Shown here: positions 1 through 9,226 of the stretch, piece after piece | Layout: each line of letters begins with the position of its first letter | How positions within the stretch are numbered: the stretch's first letter is position 1 | Source of the DNA: Ilumatobacteraceae bacterium | GTDB taxonomy: Bacteria > Actinomycetota > Acidimicrobiia > Acidimicrobiales > Ilumatobacteraceae | Assembly (NCBI GenBank): GCA_023257035.1 | Contig: JALRDI010000147.1 | Coordinates: forward strand, 1 to 50,032 | Direction: 5' to 3' | Length of the DNA stretch: 50,032 nucleotides | Notes under the pieces: generated by a model | What the model was told of the DNA's origin: nothing | The model's input: the letters and a program-made list of their open reading frames with translations, nothing else | The model's database searches: none | Program-made: the position numbers and the translations under genes

Positions 1-144
1 AATGCGGTCGAAGCCTGGCAGCAGTGCCTCACCGAGTGTCCACACCTCGTGATCAACTGCGATGAATTCATCAACATGCTCAGGGGCAACGCGGAAGACA
101 AGGACTTCGACGGGCAGGCGCTCGCCTGTGGTGTAGGTGAATGA
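1..144 (+). CDS. 3' end of an unidentified upstream CDS (partial at window edge)
   Basis: Frame 1 is open from nt 1 to TGA 142-144 (47 codons, NAVEAWQQCLTECPHLVINCDEF...). Too short to assign a family. Confidence 0.3.
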   Translation, partial: NAVEAWQQCLTECPHLVINCDEFINMLRGNAEDKDFDGQALACGVGE

Positions 145-272
145 TGGTTGCGTCGTCGGCATGTGTAAGTTCCTCGTGGTGCTTGGCTCGGTTAGTGAAT
201 CATCACACACGCCGATGGTGGCAGACGGCGTCCGCGTCGTTTGGCAACGTTTTTTGCGACAAGACTGTCGGA

Positions 273-1487
273 ATGGCTTATAACTCAACTGGACTTGTTG
301 TTCATGATGCCGATGCGCACATCATGGAGACGCCAACGTGGCTGCGGGATCATGCTGATCCATCAATTCGTGATCGTATTGACGCTCTGACGTATCCGGG
401 CGGAAACGAATTGCAGCAATCGGCCGTCGAGTTCGATGAACAAGACGATCTAGAAACCGGATTTGAGCGCCTTGCTGAGCGCCATCAGACCGCTGATTAC
501 ATTGCGGCCGAAGAAGCCGAGATCATGCTTCGAAAGAATTACGCAGCAACCGGTTCATTCATTGCCGAAGATCGACCACGAGCGCTCGACATGCTTGGAT
601 TCGCGAGCCAATTGGTGTTTAACACCTTTTACAACAGTCGACTCTGCGAGTGGGAACACTCTGGCGATATGGACTTTGCGATTGGCACCGCCCGCGCACA
701 CAACCGGGGCCTTGCCGAGTTTTGCTCGGTCGACCGTCGCCTGCTGTCGACGCTGTACGTTCCGCTTGCTGATATCGAGAAAGCGCCGGCACTTGCTGAG
801 GAAGCGATTGAGATGGGGGCGGGCGCGTTGCTCATCGCATCTGCATGCCCGCCTGGACACTCACCAAGCCACATTGGGCTCGATCCGGTGTGGTCGATGG
901 CTGCTGATGCCGGTGTACCGGTGGTGTTTCACGTCGGAGGAACCGGAGAGTTGCTCGACTCGAACTATTTCAACAACGGTCTTCCGGTGCCACCTGATTT
1001 CCACGGCGGTGAAGAGAACTTCCGGTCAGTCGACTACATGGCGATTCCGGTTCAGCCGGCACAGACCCTCGCAACAATGATCTTCGATGGAGTCTTTGAG
1101 CGATTCCCTGAACTTCGTGTTGGGGTTGTTGAGCAAGGTGCGATCTGGGTTCCGTCGTGGATGCGCCAGATGGAGTCGGCAATTGATGCGTTCGCCCGCC
1201 ATGAGGAGCGCCTGCAGAAACTCTCCCTGCGCCCGAGTGAATACGTGCGTCGCCAGATGAAGTTCACCCCGTATCCGACCGAGGACGTCGGCTGGATTGT
1301 TGAACAGGCTGGTTCAGAGGTGGTGCTGTTCTCATCTGATTACCCGCATGTTGAAGGTGGGCGTCGACCGATTGAACGCTTCGAGCGGTCGCTTGAGAAT
1401 TGCTCTGACGAGGTTCGTCAGCGCTTCTATCACGACAATTTCGACGAGCTCATGGGCGGTCGCCTGGGCGCCTTGCTTGCGGCCTAA
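273..1487 (+). CDS. amidohydrolase-2 family metal-dependent hydrolase/decarboxylase (ACMSD-like)
   Basis: ORF 141..1487. N-terminal VVHDADAHIME, HVGG and C-terminal SSDYPHVEG motifs are typical of the amidohydrolase_2 TIM-barrel family. The first 44 codons from ATG 141 are Cys/Trp/Arg-rich and unprotein-like, so ATG 273 (MAYNSTG) is preferred. ATG 141 overlaps the upstream stop as ATGA and remains an alternative. Confidence 0.75.
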   Translation: MAYNSTGLVVHDADAHIMETPTWLRDHADPSIRDRIDALTYPGGNELQQSAVEFDEQDDLETGFERLAERHQTADYIAAEEAEIMLRKNYAATGSFIAEDRPRALDMLGFASQLVFNTFYNSRLCEWEHSGDMDFAIGTARAHNRGLAEFCSVDRRLLSTLYVPLADIEKAPALAEEAIEMGAGALLIASACPPGHSPSHIGLDPVWSMAADAGVPVVFHVGGTGELLDSNYFNNGLPVPPDFHGGEENFRSVDYMAIPVQPAQTLATMIFDGVFERFPELRVGVVEQGAIWVPSWMRQMESAIDAFARHEERLQKLSLRPSEYVRRQMKFTPYPTEDVGWIVEQAGSEVVLFSSDYPHVEGGRRPIERFERSLENCSDEVRQRFYHDNFDELMGGRLGALLAA

Positions 1488-1498
1488 GCCTGCGTGAG

Positions 1499-1516
1499 CC
1501 CCTCGTTATCGAGGGG
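1499..1516. terminator. short hairpin between convergent genes (possible bidirectional terminator)
   Basis: CCCCTCG-TTAT-CGAGGGG, a 7-bp GC-rich stem. It lies between the TAA at 1485-1487 and spans the stop (1506-1508) of the minus-strand gene. No clear U-tract. Confidence 0.35.
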
Positions 1517-3482
1517 TGACCCACCATGGAATGTCGATGGTGATGTCTCCGAGACCGTTGTGAGAGACGATCACCGGTCGGCCGATGCCGTCGAGAACAA
1601 ATCGTGGTGTGATGCCGTCGATGTCCGCGTTATCGATTGCTGTTGTCACCGCTGATGTCGTGCACCCGCTTGGATGGCAGATGGCGAGATGAAGGTCATC
1701 GCTCGATGATGTGTAGGAAACGATTGGTTGGCCGGTCGCGCCAAGTTGGAGGTCGATACTGCCAGCGGTTGGGACGCCGTCAGAGGCGATGGTTGTCTCG
1801 GAGCGACCATCACACCGAGTGTCGCGACATTCGGTCATGAGCATCGTCGAACCATCAAGATGAGCGACGAGTGATGTCCCGGCGGGAGTCAATACCACCT
1901 TCGGATTCCAGCCGACATTTCCCCCAGCACCCGACCGCAAGACGACTACATGTTCGTTATCGCCAACGCATGCTGCGTCGTTGCATGAGACGAGCTGAAG
2001 CTCGGTGCTGGTGACCGACTCGCCCGAATGAGTTCGAACTTGCTGCGCGAGAACCGGGAAACCATTAAGGCCGATCGAAATTGACGGCATAAAGCCCGCA
2101 GCGACCTGACTCGCAGCATCGCCAGCAGCTGCAGTTGCGTGCGTCGCGCTCAGCGTGCCGGTGCCGGCACGGGCGCGGTCATTGCAGGTGAGTACCCGAA
2201 GGTAGCCGACCCGAGGAAGAGCAGTCGCGTCGTACGCCTGATGAGCGATCGTCGGAAACCCGTTTCGTCCGATGGTGACATCTGGTGTGATGCCGTCGAT
2301 CTCAGGGGTCGAGATTGCTGTGGTGGTTGATGAACTGCAGGTGTCGTCGTCACAGGCGGTCACCAAAAGGTCGGAGTCGGTGATGTTGTGATGAGCGATG
2401 ACAGGGTTTCCGTCGATGCCGATCGTGATCGAGGGTGCCGTGCCAATGTCGTCGCCATCTGAGTCGCTGATAGTCACCGATGTCGATGATGAGCACGCCA
2501 AGTCTTGGCAGTTGATGACAACAAGATCACCACCGGGTGTTCCTGCTGTGATGATGGGTAACCCAGACAAACGAAGTGCGATATCGCTGCCTGTTGACAC
2601 CACGCCATTCAGCGTTGCTGACGGTGGTGACGCGACCCGGTGAGGCGCCGACGCACTATCTGACGCGCGCTGAAGCTGATAGGCATGGTCAGCGAGTGTT
2701 GACTCGACTGTCTCAAGTGCTGAAGTCAGGCCGGCCAGGGAGGAGGCCTGACCGCTGACGTCTGAGGTCAACGAATCAACGGACTCCTCAAGTTCGCCAA
2801 CATCAAATTCGATCGCATCGATGAGGTCGGTGGTCACGGCATCGGTTGATAGCCCGTCGACGATTTCCGATAGCGACGCGACAACATCCGAATCGGCTTT
2901 GTCATCCAGCAAGTTGTCGATCTCGTTATCTGAATAACGAGCGGTCGGTGATGAGTCGCGAGGTGTGTCAGAGATGGGTTCGAAGTACCCGTTGAGGTCT
3001 GCGAGTAGGTGCGCCGACCCGTACACGGCAAAGCACACCCGTCCGTCGGGTGAGAGGGGGGCGATGACCGCATTTGGAACGTTTTGTCCGGTTCTGAAGT
3101 TGAGATTCGATGTGTCGGGTGTAGCAACGTCGCACGGATGAACCGTGACAAACCCGAAGCCATTTCGGTCGATGCCGTCAACTGCAGTTACGTTCAAGCT
3201 GACAGCGATCGCTGATGCCGGAATGAGATCAACGATGCGTCCACTCGGAAGTGCGATTTGTTCGGTAAGTCGCATCTCAATAAGACCGGTTCGGTCGGTC
3301 ACTCGGGTTTCAGTGACTCGAGTATCGAGGACGCGAATGGGCTCAATCGCGACGAATGATGTGGGTGTTGCTGTTGATGCAGCATCTGCGGGACGAAATG
3401 CCCCAATACCGGTAAGTGCTGCAACACATGCTCCGAGCGCGACATAGCCAAGCCGTCGCTGCGTTGACGTGAACAATGACAT
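1506..3482 (-). CDS. secreted multidomain protein: signal peptide, conserved N-terminal domain, acidic coiled segment, 6-7 Cys-pair repeats (predicted beta-propeller-like)
   Basis: 658-aa ORF with AGGAGGAGA Shine-Dalgarno just upstream of ATG 3482. Signal peptide MSLFTSTQRRLGYVALGACVAALTGIGAFRPADA. The repeat pattern is ..sI.iG.dG.PvIa....dL.v..C.D..C.. (see finding). Confidence 0.85.
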   Translation of the reverse strand: MSLFTSTQRRLGYVALGACVAALTGIGAFRPADAASTATPTSFVAIEPIRVLDTRVTETRVTDRTGLIEMRLTEQIALPSGRIVDLIPASAIAVSLNVTAVDGIDRNGFGFVTVHPCDVATPDTSNLNFRTGQNVPNAVIAPLSPDGRVCFAVYGSAHLLADLNGYFEPISDTPRDSSPTARYSDNEIDNLLDDKADSDVVASLSEIVDGLSTDAVTTDLIDAIEFDVGELEESVDSLTSDVSGQASSLAGLTSALETVESTLADHAYQLQRASDSASAPHRVASPPSATLNGVVSTGSDIALRLSGLPIITAGTPGGDLVVINCQDLACSSSTSVTISDSDGDDIGTAPSITIGIDGNPVIAHHNITDSDLLVTACDDDTCSSSTTTAISTPEIDGITPDVTIGRNGFPTIAHQAYDATALPRVGYLRVLTCNDRARAGTGTLSATHATAAAGDAASQVAAGFMPSISIGLNGFPVLAQQVRTHSGESVTSTELQLVSCNDAACVGDNEHVVVLRSGAGGNVGWNPKVVLTPAGTSLVAHLDGSTMLMTECRDTRCDGRSETTIASDGVPTAGSIDLQLGATGQPIVSYTSSSDDLHLAICHPSGCTTSAVTTAIDNADIDGITPRFVLDGIGRPVIVSHNGLGDITIDIPWWVTPR

Positions 3483-3557
3483 ATCTCCTCCTTGTCGTTA
3501 CAAGAAGAGAGAAATGAGCGGGTTACATCTCGCGATTTTTCACCGTGAAGGTTGCTG

Positions 3558-5213
3558 TCACTCCAAGACGGTGACGACACCCGTGTTGCCATCAACCCGA
3601 ACGCGCGCGCCGTCTCGTATACGACGGGTCGCATTCGTTGCTGACACCACACACGGAATGCCAAGCTCACGACTCACGATGATTGCGTGGCTCAGTGCCG
3701 CACCAACATCGACGACAACTCCTCCCGCAGGAACGAAAAGCGGTGTCCACGACGGATCTGTGCTCGGGGCAACGAGAACGTCACCAGGGCCGAGTGCAGT
3801 TGGGTCGCTCGAATCAAGGACGACTCGCGCAATGCCCTCTGACACGCCCGGGCAGCCAGGGAACCCTTGGATGCTGTCTCCGACTGCGAGTGGTTCAACT
3901 TCAACGGCATCACGCTTGGGCCAACCCGCCGGATCACTCGGCGAGTCGACGAAGACAAATTCTGGCTCGCGCTCTGAGATCTCGGCGTGGGTTGAGCGAC
4001 GTTCACGAATCCGTTCAGTGATTCGTTCAGGCGTCGGACCGAGTAACTCCTCCATCTCGTCGTGAAGTACCAATCCGAAATCTTCAATCTCATCAAAGAC
4101 CCCGCGCTCGGTGAACCGGCGACCGAGTTCTCGTAGCGGCATACGAACCTCTTGGATGAGGCGAATGTTGTTCGTTTTTGTTCGCTCTCTGGCCGGAAGC
4201 CAGGCACCGCTAGCCGCAATTGCGGCAGCCAGTTGGCCATGAGTAGCGGGGTCGCCCTCCACCATCGCAAGCAGGGTTGCCGCTGCCTCAGCGCGTTCTG
4301 CAGCCCGCTCCTGCTGGTGGCCACGAGGGTCAGCGTCCTCACCCGCAAGCCGCATGCGTTCGATCGCAGCGAGAGCGATATTGGGGTGAGTTTCCCATGT
4401 TGGTGAACGGGCCTCCCACTCGTTTGGCCCCCGACTTCCAAAGTTGAGGCAGAACTGTTCGAACCCAGCCGAGAACTCTGCGCTCGTTGGATCAAGCCTT
4501 GACAGTTGCCACATTGCGTAACTCGGTTCGGCCGAATCGACCTGTCCAACCCCGGCGATGAGCGGCATGATGAGATCTGGACGTCCGACCGCAGTGGCGA
4601 CTGTCTGAATGACACCAACAGGAACAGTCGTCAACGTGGTGACGAACAGATGCTCTTGGAAAAGTTCGCGGTGGAATGGGAACAGCGCTTCTGCATATTC
4701 CCACAGTTCGGTGTCAGACAGTGACGAGAGATCCGGGCGCCGAGCCCGCAAAGCGATCGTGCGGTTTTTGTGATCGGTGAGCCGATCAAGTTGATCGACA
4801 TCAGTGATACTGAACACCCAGCCAAAGGTGTGCTCGAGTTTTGCAGTGAGGTCGGGTCGTGCATCGCCGGGTTGTTCCACGTAGTCAGGGATGCCAGGTT
4901 GGGCACCAAAGAACTGCTCGTCGATCGCCTTCCATGTAAGGCCTGGTGCGCGCTCGCCGAAGATTCGCATGACCGACGCATTGAGATAGCAATATCCGCC
5001 AGCGACGCCGAGAATACAGAATTCGCCCTCAGGGAATTCGTCTGCCTCGAATGCGCCCATCCTGATGTAGGCATCTCTCCACCCAAGTTCTGACTCGTAG
5101 AGCAAGAGCGACCGAGTCGCTGGTGCAACCGGGTCAGGAAATACTTCGCCGACGTTTGCCCTCGTATAAATCGGGAAACGGGATGACAATGATGTGTCGG
5201 TAACTGTGAACAT
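3558..5213 (-). CDS. PEP-utilising-enzyme mobile (His swivel) domain protein lacking an ATP-grasp domain
   Basis: The C-terminal ~100 aa (GCPGVSEGIARVV...GDVLVAPSTDPSWTPLF..AGGVVVDVGAALSHAIIVSRELGIPCVV) is the phosphohistidine swivel domain of the PEP synthase/PPDK/rifampin-phosphotransferase family. The N-terminus starts with TRANVGEVFPDPV. GAGGGGGGG-like SD lies upstream of ATG 5213. Confidence 0.8.
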   Translation of the reverse strand: MFTVTDTSLSSRFPIYTRANVGEVFPDPVAPATRSLLLYESELGWRDAYIRMGAFEADEFPEGEFCILGVAGGYCYLNASVMRIFGERAPGLTWKAIDEQFFGAQPGIPDYVEQPGDARPDLTAKLEHTFGWVFSITDVDQLDRLTDHKNRTIALRARRPDLSSLSDTELWEYAEALFPFHRELFQEHLFVTTLTTVPVGVIQTVATAVGRPDLIMPLIAGVGQVDSAEPSYAMWQLSRLDPTSAEFSAGFEQFCLNFGSRGPNEWEARSPTWETHPNIALAAIERMRLAGEDADPRGHQQERAAERAEAAATLLAMVEGDPATHGQLAAAIAASGAWLPARERTKTNNIRLIQEVRMPLRELGRRFTERGVFDEIEDFGLVLHDEMEELLGPTPERITERIRERRSTHAEISEREPEFVFVDSPSDPAGWPKRDAVEVEPLAVGDSIQGFPGCPGVSEGIARVVLDSSDPTALGPGDVLVAPSTDPSWTPLFVPAGGVVVDVGAALSHAIIVSRELGIPCVVSATNATRRIRDGARVRVDGNTGVVTVLE

Positions 5214-5310
5214 GAGCCCCCCCTCATGGAGTTTCTTACGTCACATTAATTGCCATTTGGCACCGATGCGAACGGTGCCCGGCGAGGTTCGATGGTCGTG
5301 ACCGCTCGAC

Positions 5311-6528
5311 CTAGAGATTGCGAATCGTTGGGCGAAACACGATCGACCACACGCCGATTGAGCACAACACGCCAATGATCACCATCGCCGTCGGAACCGA
5401 CGTTGCCGAGACCAAACCAAACAAGATCGCAGCGGCAACGGGAAACGCGCCAATCTGTGCGGTCGACGCGAGACCCATCACGCGTCCCATCAGTTCGGGT
5501 GGTGTGTGGGTTTGCATGAGGGTCCGCAACATCGTCATCGCGATACCGCCAGTGAGCCCCCAACAGAGGCAGATGATGAGCGTGATTAGATATACCCGCG
5601 AGAGTCCAAGTGCGGTGAGACCGGTACCCATTGCGCTTCCGGCGGCGAGGGCAAGCGCTCGTCCTCGCCGTGCTGGCTGCCAACGAGTTGCGACAATCAT
5701 TGACGTGGTGATCATGCCAAGACTCATTGCAACATTCAGCACGCTGGCCGCAAGCGACTGAGTGCCGAGCACGTCGCGTGCAATCTCCGGCAATAAGAGT
5801 GTGCTTGCCGTGATGACGACCCCAAGCACTGTCGTCAACGCAAGTAGTGATCGAAGAGGTTCGGTGCGAAGTGCAATTTTTGCGGCACTGCGAATGGCTC
5901 CTTTTCGGTCGGTGGCTGTGATGTGCTCTGGAATGGGTGTTCGGCGGTGAAGAACCACCCCACAAAGTGAGGCTGCCGTGAGTAACCAGAGCCCAGCTTC
6001 AAGCCCAAACGCCTGGATCACAGCACCCCCGAGAAAGATTCCGCCAATCGTTGAGCCGGTCATGCCGAGGTTCTGCAGAGCGACAGCTTGGAGGAGTACT
6101 GATTCGTCGACGACCCGCGGAACGAGAGCCTGAAGTAACGGCATCAGCATTGCAGGAGCGATTGCGGTGAAGAACGCGCAGATCATTGCAACGGGGACGG
6201 TCATCAGGCCTGCGTGCAGGAGCAGGGCCGACACGGCGAAGAGTGCGGTGGCGACAGAGAAGAGAGCGATGCCAAGTGTCTGGGCCGAGACCCGATCGGC
6301 AAGTGAGCCTGCCCATGCCGAGAGCAAAAGCGGGGGAAGCCCGATGACGATGCCGAGAATCGCAGTTGCCGGATTCCATTCGGTGAGTTCGCCGACGAGC
6401 CATACGAACACAAAGCGACTGGTGCCAAGGGCAATCGACGCCATGATGTTGCTCGCAAGCACGCCGCGAAATGCCGTGTTCGACATGACGTTGCCGATTC
6501 GCTGATTGGCTGCGGAAGGAGACGTCAT
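5311..6528 (-). CDS. MFS transporter
   Basis: About 12 hydrophobic segments and the MFS loop motif GSLADRV. ATG 6528 is chosen because starting at 6582 would overlap the upstream methyltransferase by 44 nt. Confidence 0.8.
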   Translation of the reverse strand: MTSPSAANQRIGNVMSNTAFRGVLASNIMASIALGTSRFVFVWLVGELTEWNPATAILGIVIGLPPLLLSAWAGSLADRVSAQTLGIALFSVATALFAVSALLLHAGLMTVPVAMICAFFTAIAPAMLMPLLQALVPRVVDESVLLQAVALQNLGMTGSTIGGIFLGGAVIQAFGLEAGLWLLTAASLCGVVLHRRTPIPEHITATDRKGAIRSAAKIALRTEPLRSLLALTTVLGVVITASTLLLPEIARDVLGTQSLAASVLNVAMSLGMITTSMIVATRWQPARRGRALALAAGSAMGTGLTALGLSRVYLITLIICLCWGLTGGIAMTMLRTLMQTHTPPELMGRVMGLASTAQIGAFPVAAAILFGLVSATSVPTAMVIIGVLCSIGVWSIVFRPTIRNL

Positions 6529-6538
6529 TGCGGTCCGT

Positions 6539-7597
6539 TCATGGACGTGCCTCGTAGATAATGTGGTTTGGCGTCTCGGCAATTCGGGTGAAGTTGTCGA
6601 GGCCCGCTTCAGCGAAGACCGATCGCATTCCTGCCTCTCCCGCCTGGTTGCCCATGCCGCGAGCGCCCGGCTGTGCGAGCGAGCAGGGCACGCAGCAGAA
6701 CAGGCTCATTGCGTATCGAGGTGTTGCGCGCAGGTAGTGGTTCTCGGTTCGTGACGGCATCGCGAAGGGTTCAACAACGACGATTGAGCCATCCGTCGAG
6801 AGCTGGTTGATCGCGTGACGGGCGATGCCAACCGGGTCGCCCATGTCGTGAAGGCAGTCGAAGAAACAGATGAGATCGAACGGCCCTGAAATCGCATCGG
6901 CGGCAGCAAGTTCAAACGAGACATTAGTGAGCTCAGCCTCGGCTGCATGTTGGCGGGCCTGATCGATGGAAGGCTGATGAAGGTCAAAGCCAATGAAGGT
7001 GCTGTTGGGAAAGGCGCGAGCAAGGGTGAGCGTCGAGTAGCCAGTGCCGCAACCCATGTCGGCAACGGTGATGCCGGCCTCAAGATCGGCCGTGCCCTGA
7101 GAGCGTTGCGGCAACCAGTGTTGAACAAGTTGATGGTCGTACGCGGGGCGGAAAATTTCCTGTGTGCCTTCGAACAGGTAAGGATGATGTTCCCCCCATC
7201 CGAACGCGCCATCGCCTTTCATGGCATCGATTCCGCGATCGAGGTCTAAAAAAAGTGCTTGTACCGCGACGAGCCCGCCAGCGAGCCAGAACGGTGAATT
7301 CGGGTCTGCGAGCACGGCAGCAACAGCGCCGGGCAGAGCGTACGAGTCGGCTGATTCGTCATAGGTGACGAGTTGGGCAGCTGCTTGCTGGTCGAGCCAT
7401 TCACGAGTCATACGTTCATTAGTGGCTGCTGCGTTGGCGAGTTCAGTGGAGGTCATCGGGTTACCGTGGGCCATCGCTGAGTAAAAACCTGCTCGGTGGC
7501 CCGCGATGATGCAGGCAACTGTGGAGGCACCGGCGAACGCGTCAGCGACACCGACGAGCACATCCTTTAGAGATGGTGCTTCTTGTTGACCTGACAT
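6539..7597 (-). CDS. class I SAM-dependent methyltransferase
   Basis: SAM-binding motif VADMGCGTGYSTLTLA followed by GFDLH and a DLICFFDCLHDMGDP acidic loop. Start set at ATG 7597 (MSGQQEAPSLK). The longer ORF to 7798 has an unprotein-like N-terminus. Confidence 0.8.
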   Translation of the reverse strand: MSGQQEAPSLKDVLVGVADAFAGASTVACIIAGHRAGFYSAMAHGNPMTSTELANAAATNERMTREWLDQQAAAQLVTYDESADSYALPGAVAAVLADPNSPFWLAGGLVAVQALFLDLDRGIDAMKGDGAFGWGEHHPYLFEGTQEIFRPAYDHQLVQHWLPQRSQGTADLEAGITVADMGCGTGYSTLTLARAFPNSTFIGFDLHQPSIDQARQHAAEAELTNVSFELAAADAISGPFDLICFFDCLHDMGDPVGIARHAINQLSTDGSIVVVEPFAMPSRTENHYLRATPRYAMSLFCCVPCSLAQPGARGMGNQAGEAGMRSVFAEAGLDNFTRIAETPNHIIYEARP

Positions 7598-7796
7598 GTC
7601 GACCCCCTCGTGACCCAACTGAGGGCCTATCGGTAGTTTTGCTGAGTTGAGTTCGCTCTGGCGTGTCGTGTTGCCCGCATCGTGAGCGCGAAAGGTGCTC
7701 ACCCGCTTCTTACCTCCGTGCCGTACCTTGAAAGCGATGACACGCGCAGATGGCTCCGATACTTCACACATTGATACCGCTGTAGAGCACGATGAC

Positions 7797-8636
7797 ATGG
7801 GTGGTCTTGTTCGCGATCACCACACGATGGATCGACGCTCGATGCTTGGGTTACTCGGTGGAATTGGTGCCGCTGGAGCGCTTGCCGCATGCGGGGGTGA
7901 CGCTGTGGTGAAACTTGCTTCCTCCGCCACGACAGCCGCACCGTCAGGTTCGACAGCAACCACTATTGCTGGAGCGGCTGCGACGACGAGCACGCTCGCA
8001 GCCGACTCGGCAGCAGTCGCTGCATCGCCTGGCTCACCGATCCCAGGCGAAACTGGCGGTCCGTTCCCAGCCGATGGCACCAATGGCCCGAACGTGCTGT
8101 CAGATGGCGCTGTTGTCCGTCGCGATATCACCACCAGCTTTGGTGACTATTCGGGTACGGCTACTGGCACCCCTGTAGCGATCAATCTCACGGTGGTTGA
8201 CGCGTCGACAGGTTCTCCAATCGAAGGTGCAGCCGTGTACCTCTGGCATTGCACCGCAGATGGCAAGTACTCGATCTATGAAGATTCAAATGTGAACTAC
8301 CTGCGCGGTGTGCAGGTCGCTGACAGTGCAGGCCGGCTCACGTTCGATTCGATTTTCCCGGGCTGTTATCGAGGGCGCTGGCCGCACTGCCACTTTGAGG
8401 TATTCGACTCGCTCGACGAGGCGTCAACGGGTCGTTCAGCGCGGCGAGTCTCTCAGCTTGCCCTTGGCGAGGAAGATTGCCGAACGGTCTACGCCGATTC
8501 TGCGTACGGAAACAGCTTGTCGAATCTCGGTCAACTCTCACTGTCTGGCGACATGGTGTTTAGAGATGGTTGGGAAGACCAACTGGCGACCTACAACCCG
8601 TCAGCGGGTTCAATCGATCTGCTCGTCCGGGTGTAA
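7797..8636 (+). CDS. Tat-signal lipoprotein with intradiol ring-cleavage dioxygenase-like fold
   Basis: DRRSMLGLLGGIGAAGALAACGG gives a twin-arginine motif plus an LAAC lipobox. An Ala/Thr/Ser linker follows. The core contains TGSPIEGAAVYLWHCTADGKYS ... GCYRGRWPHCHFEVF, typical of the intradiol dioxygenase-like family. The start could be 7797 or 7827. Confidence 0.7.
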   Translation: MGGLVRDHHTMDRRSMLGLLGGIGAAGALAACGGDAVVKLASSATTAAPSGSTATTIAGAAATTSTLAADSAAVAASPGSPIPGETGGPFPADGTNGPNVLSDGAVVRRDITTSFGDYSGTATGTPVAINLTVVDASTGSPIEGAAVYLWHCTADGKYSIYEDSNVNYLRGVQVADSAGRLTFDSIFPGCYRGRWPHCHFEVFDSLDEASTGRSARRVSQLALGEEDCRTVYADSAYGNSLSNLGQLSLSGDMVFRDGWEDQLATYNPSAGSIDLLVRV

Positions 8637-8676
8637 GCAGCCCGGCTGACCGGGCGAGGCGACGAGGCCGCAGCGG

Positions 8677-9177
8677 CTAGACAGCGGCGGCGATGCCGTC
8701 GAGGTTTCGTTCCATGTTGTCGGCGTGCTCTTTGAGTCGCCGTTCGATGATCTGGTGCTCCTTTTCAGGCATCTTTTCGATCGCCGGGCTGAGACCGCTC
8801 TTGCCCGGACCAATCGAGCAGTACTGCGTGACAAGCGTTCCACCGTCGACCTCTTCTAGCGTGAACGACCAGGTGGCTGCAGGGCCACCACCACCGGCGA
8901 CTTCCCATGCAATATGACGTGAGGGCTCGCAGGCAGTGATCGTGCATTCGCTATTCCATTTCATGTCGGCGACCGGGTGCACGTTGGTGCCTTGGAATCG
9001 GGCACCGACTGCGGGCTCGGTTGCGCCGTCGAGCCATTCGGCACCTTTGAATTCTGTGGAGAACCGTGCCGGCAGGTTGATGTCGCTGACGAGTTCCCAG
9101 ATCGCGTCAGGTGTCGCAGCGATCACTCGTGATACCGCGGTCGACGGTGCATCGGCGTAGCGGAGTTGTTCGGTCAT
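8677..9177 (-). CDS. SRPBCC (START/polyketide cyclase-dehydrase-like) family protein
   Basis: 166 aa. The N-terminal ...ATPDAIWELVSDINLPARFSTEF... pattern and the size are typical of SRPBCC proteins. Confidence 0.65.
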   Translation of the reverse strand: MTEQLRYADAPSTAVSRVIAATPDAIWELVSDINLPARFSTEFKGAEWLDGATEPAVGARFQGTNVHPVADMKWNSECTITACEPSRHIAWEVAGGGGPAATWSFTLEEVDGGTLVTQYCSIGPGKSGLSPAIEKMPEKEHQIIERRLKEHADNMERNLDGIAAAV

Positions 9178-9226
9178 GATGTCCTCACTTCAGGTCGGTA
9201 GCCGTGAGTGGCCTAACGTCCAGAGT

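Noticed and set aside
141-272. ATG 141 (ATGA overlap with the upstream stop) as the start of the amidohydrolase.
   Set aside because: The 44 extra residues (MMVASSACVSSSWCLARLVNHHTRRWWQ...) do not look like protein, and the family normally starts near the H/D metal motif. It is kept only as an alternative.
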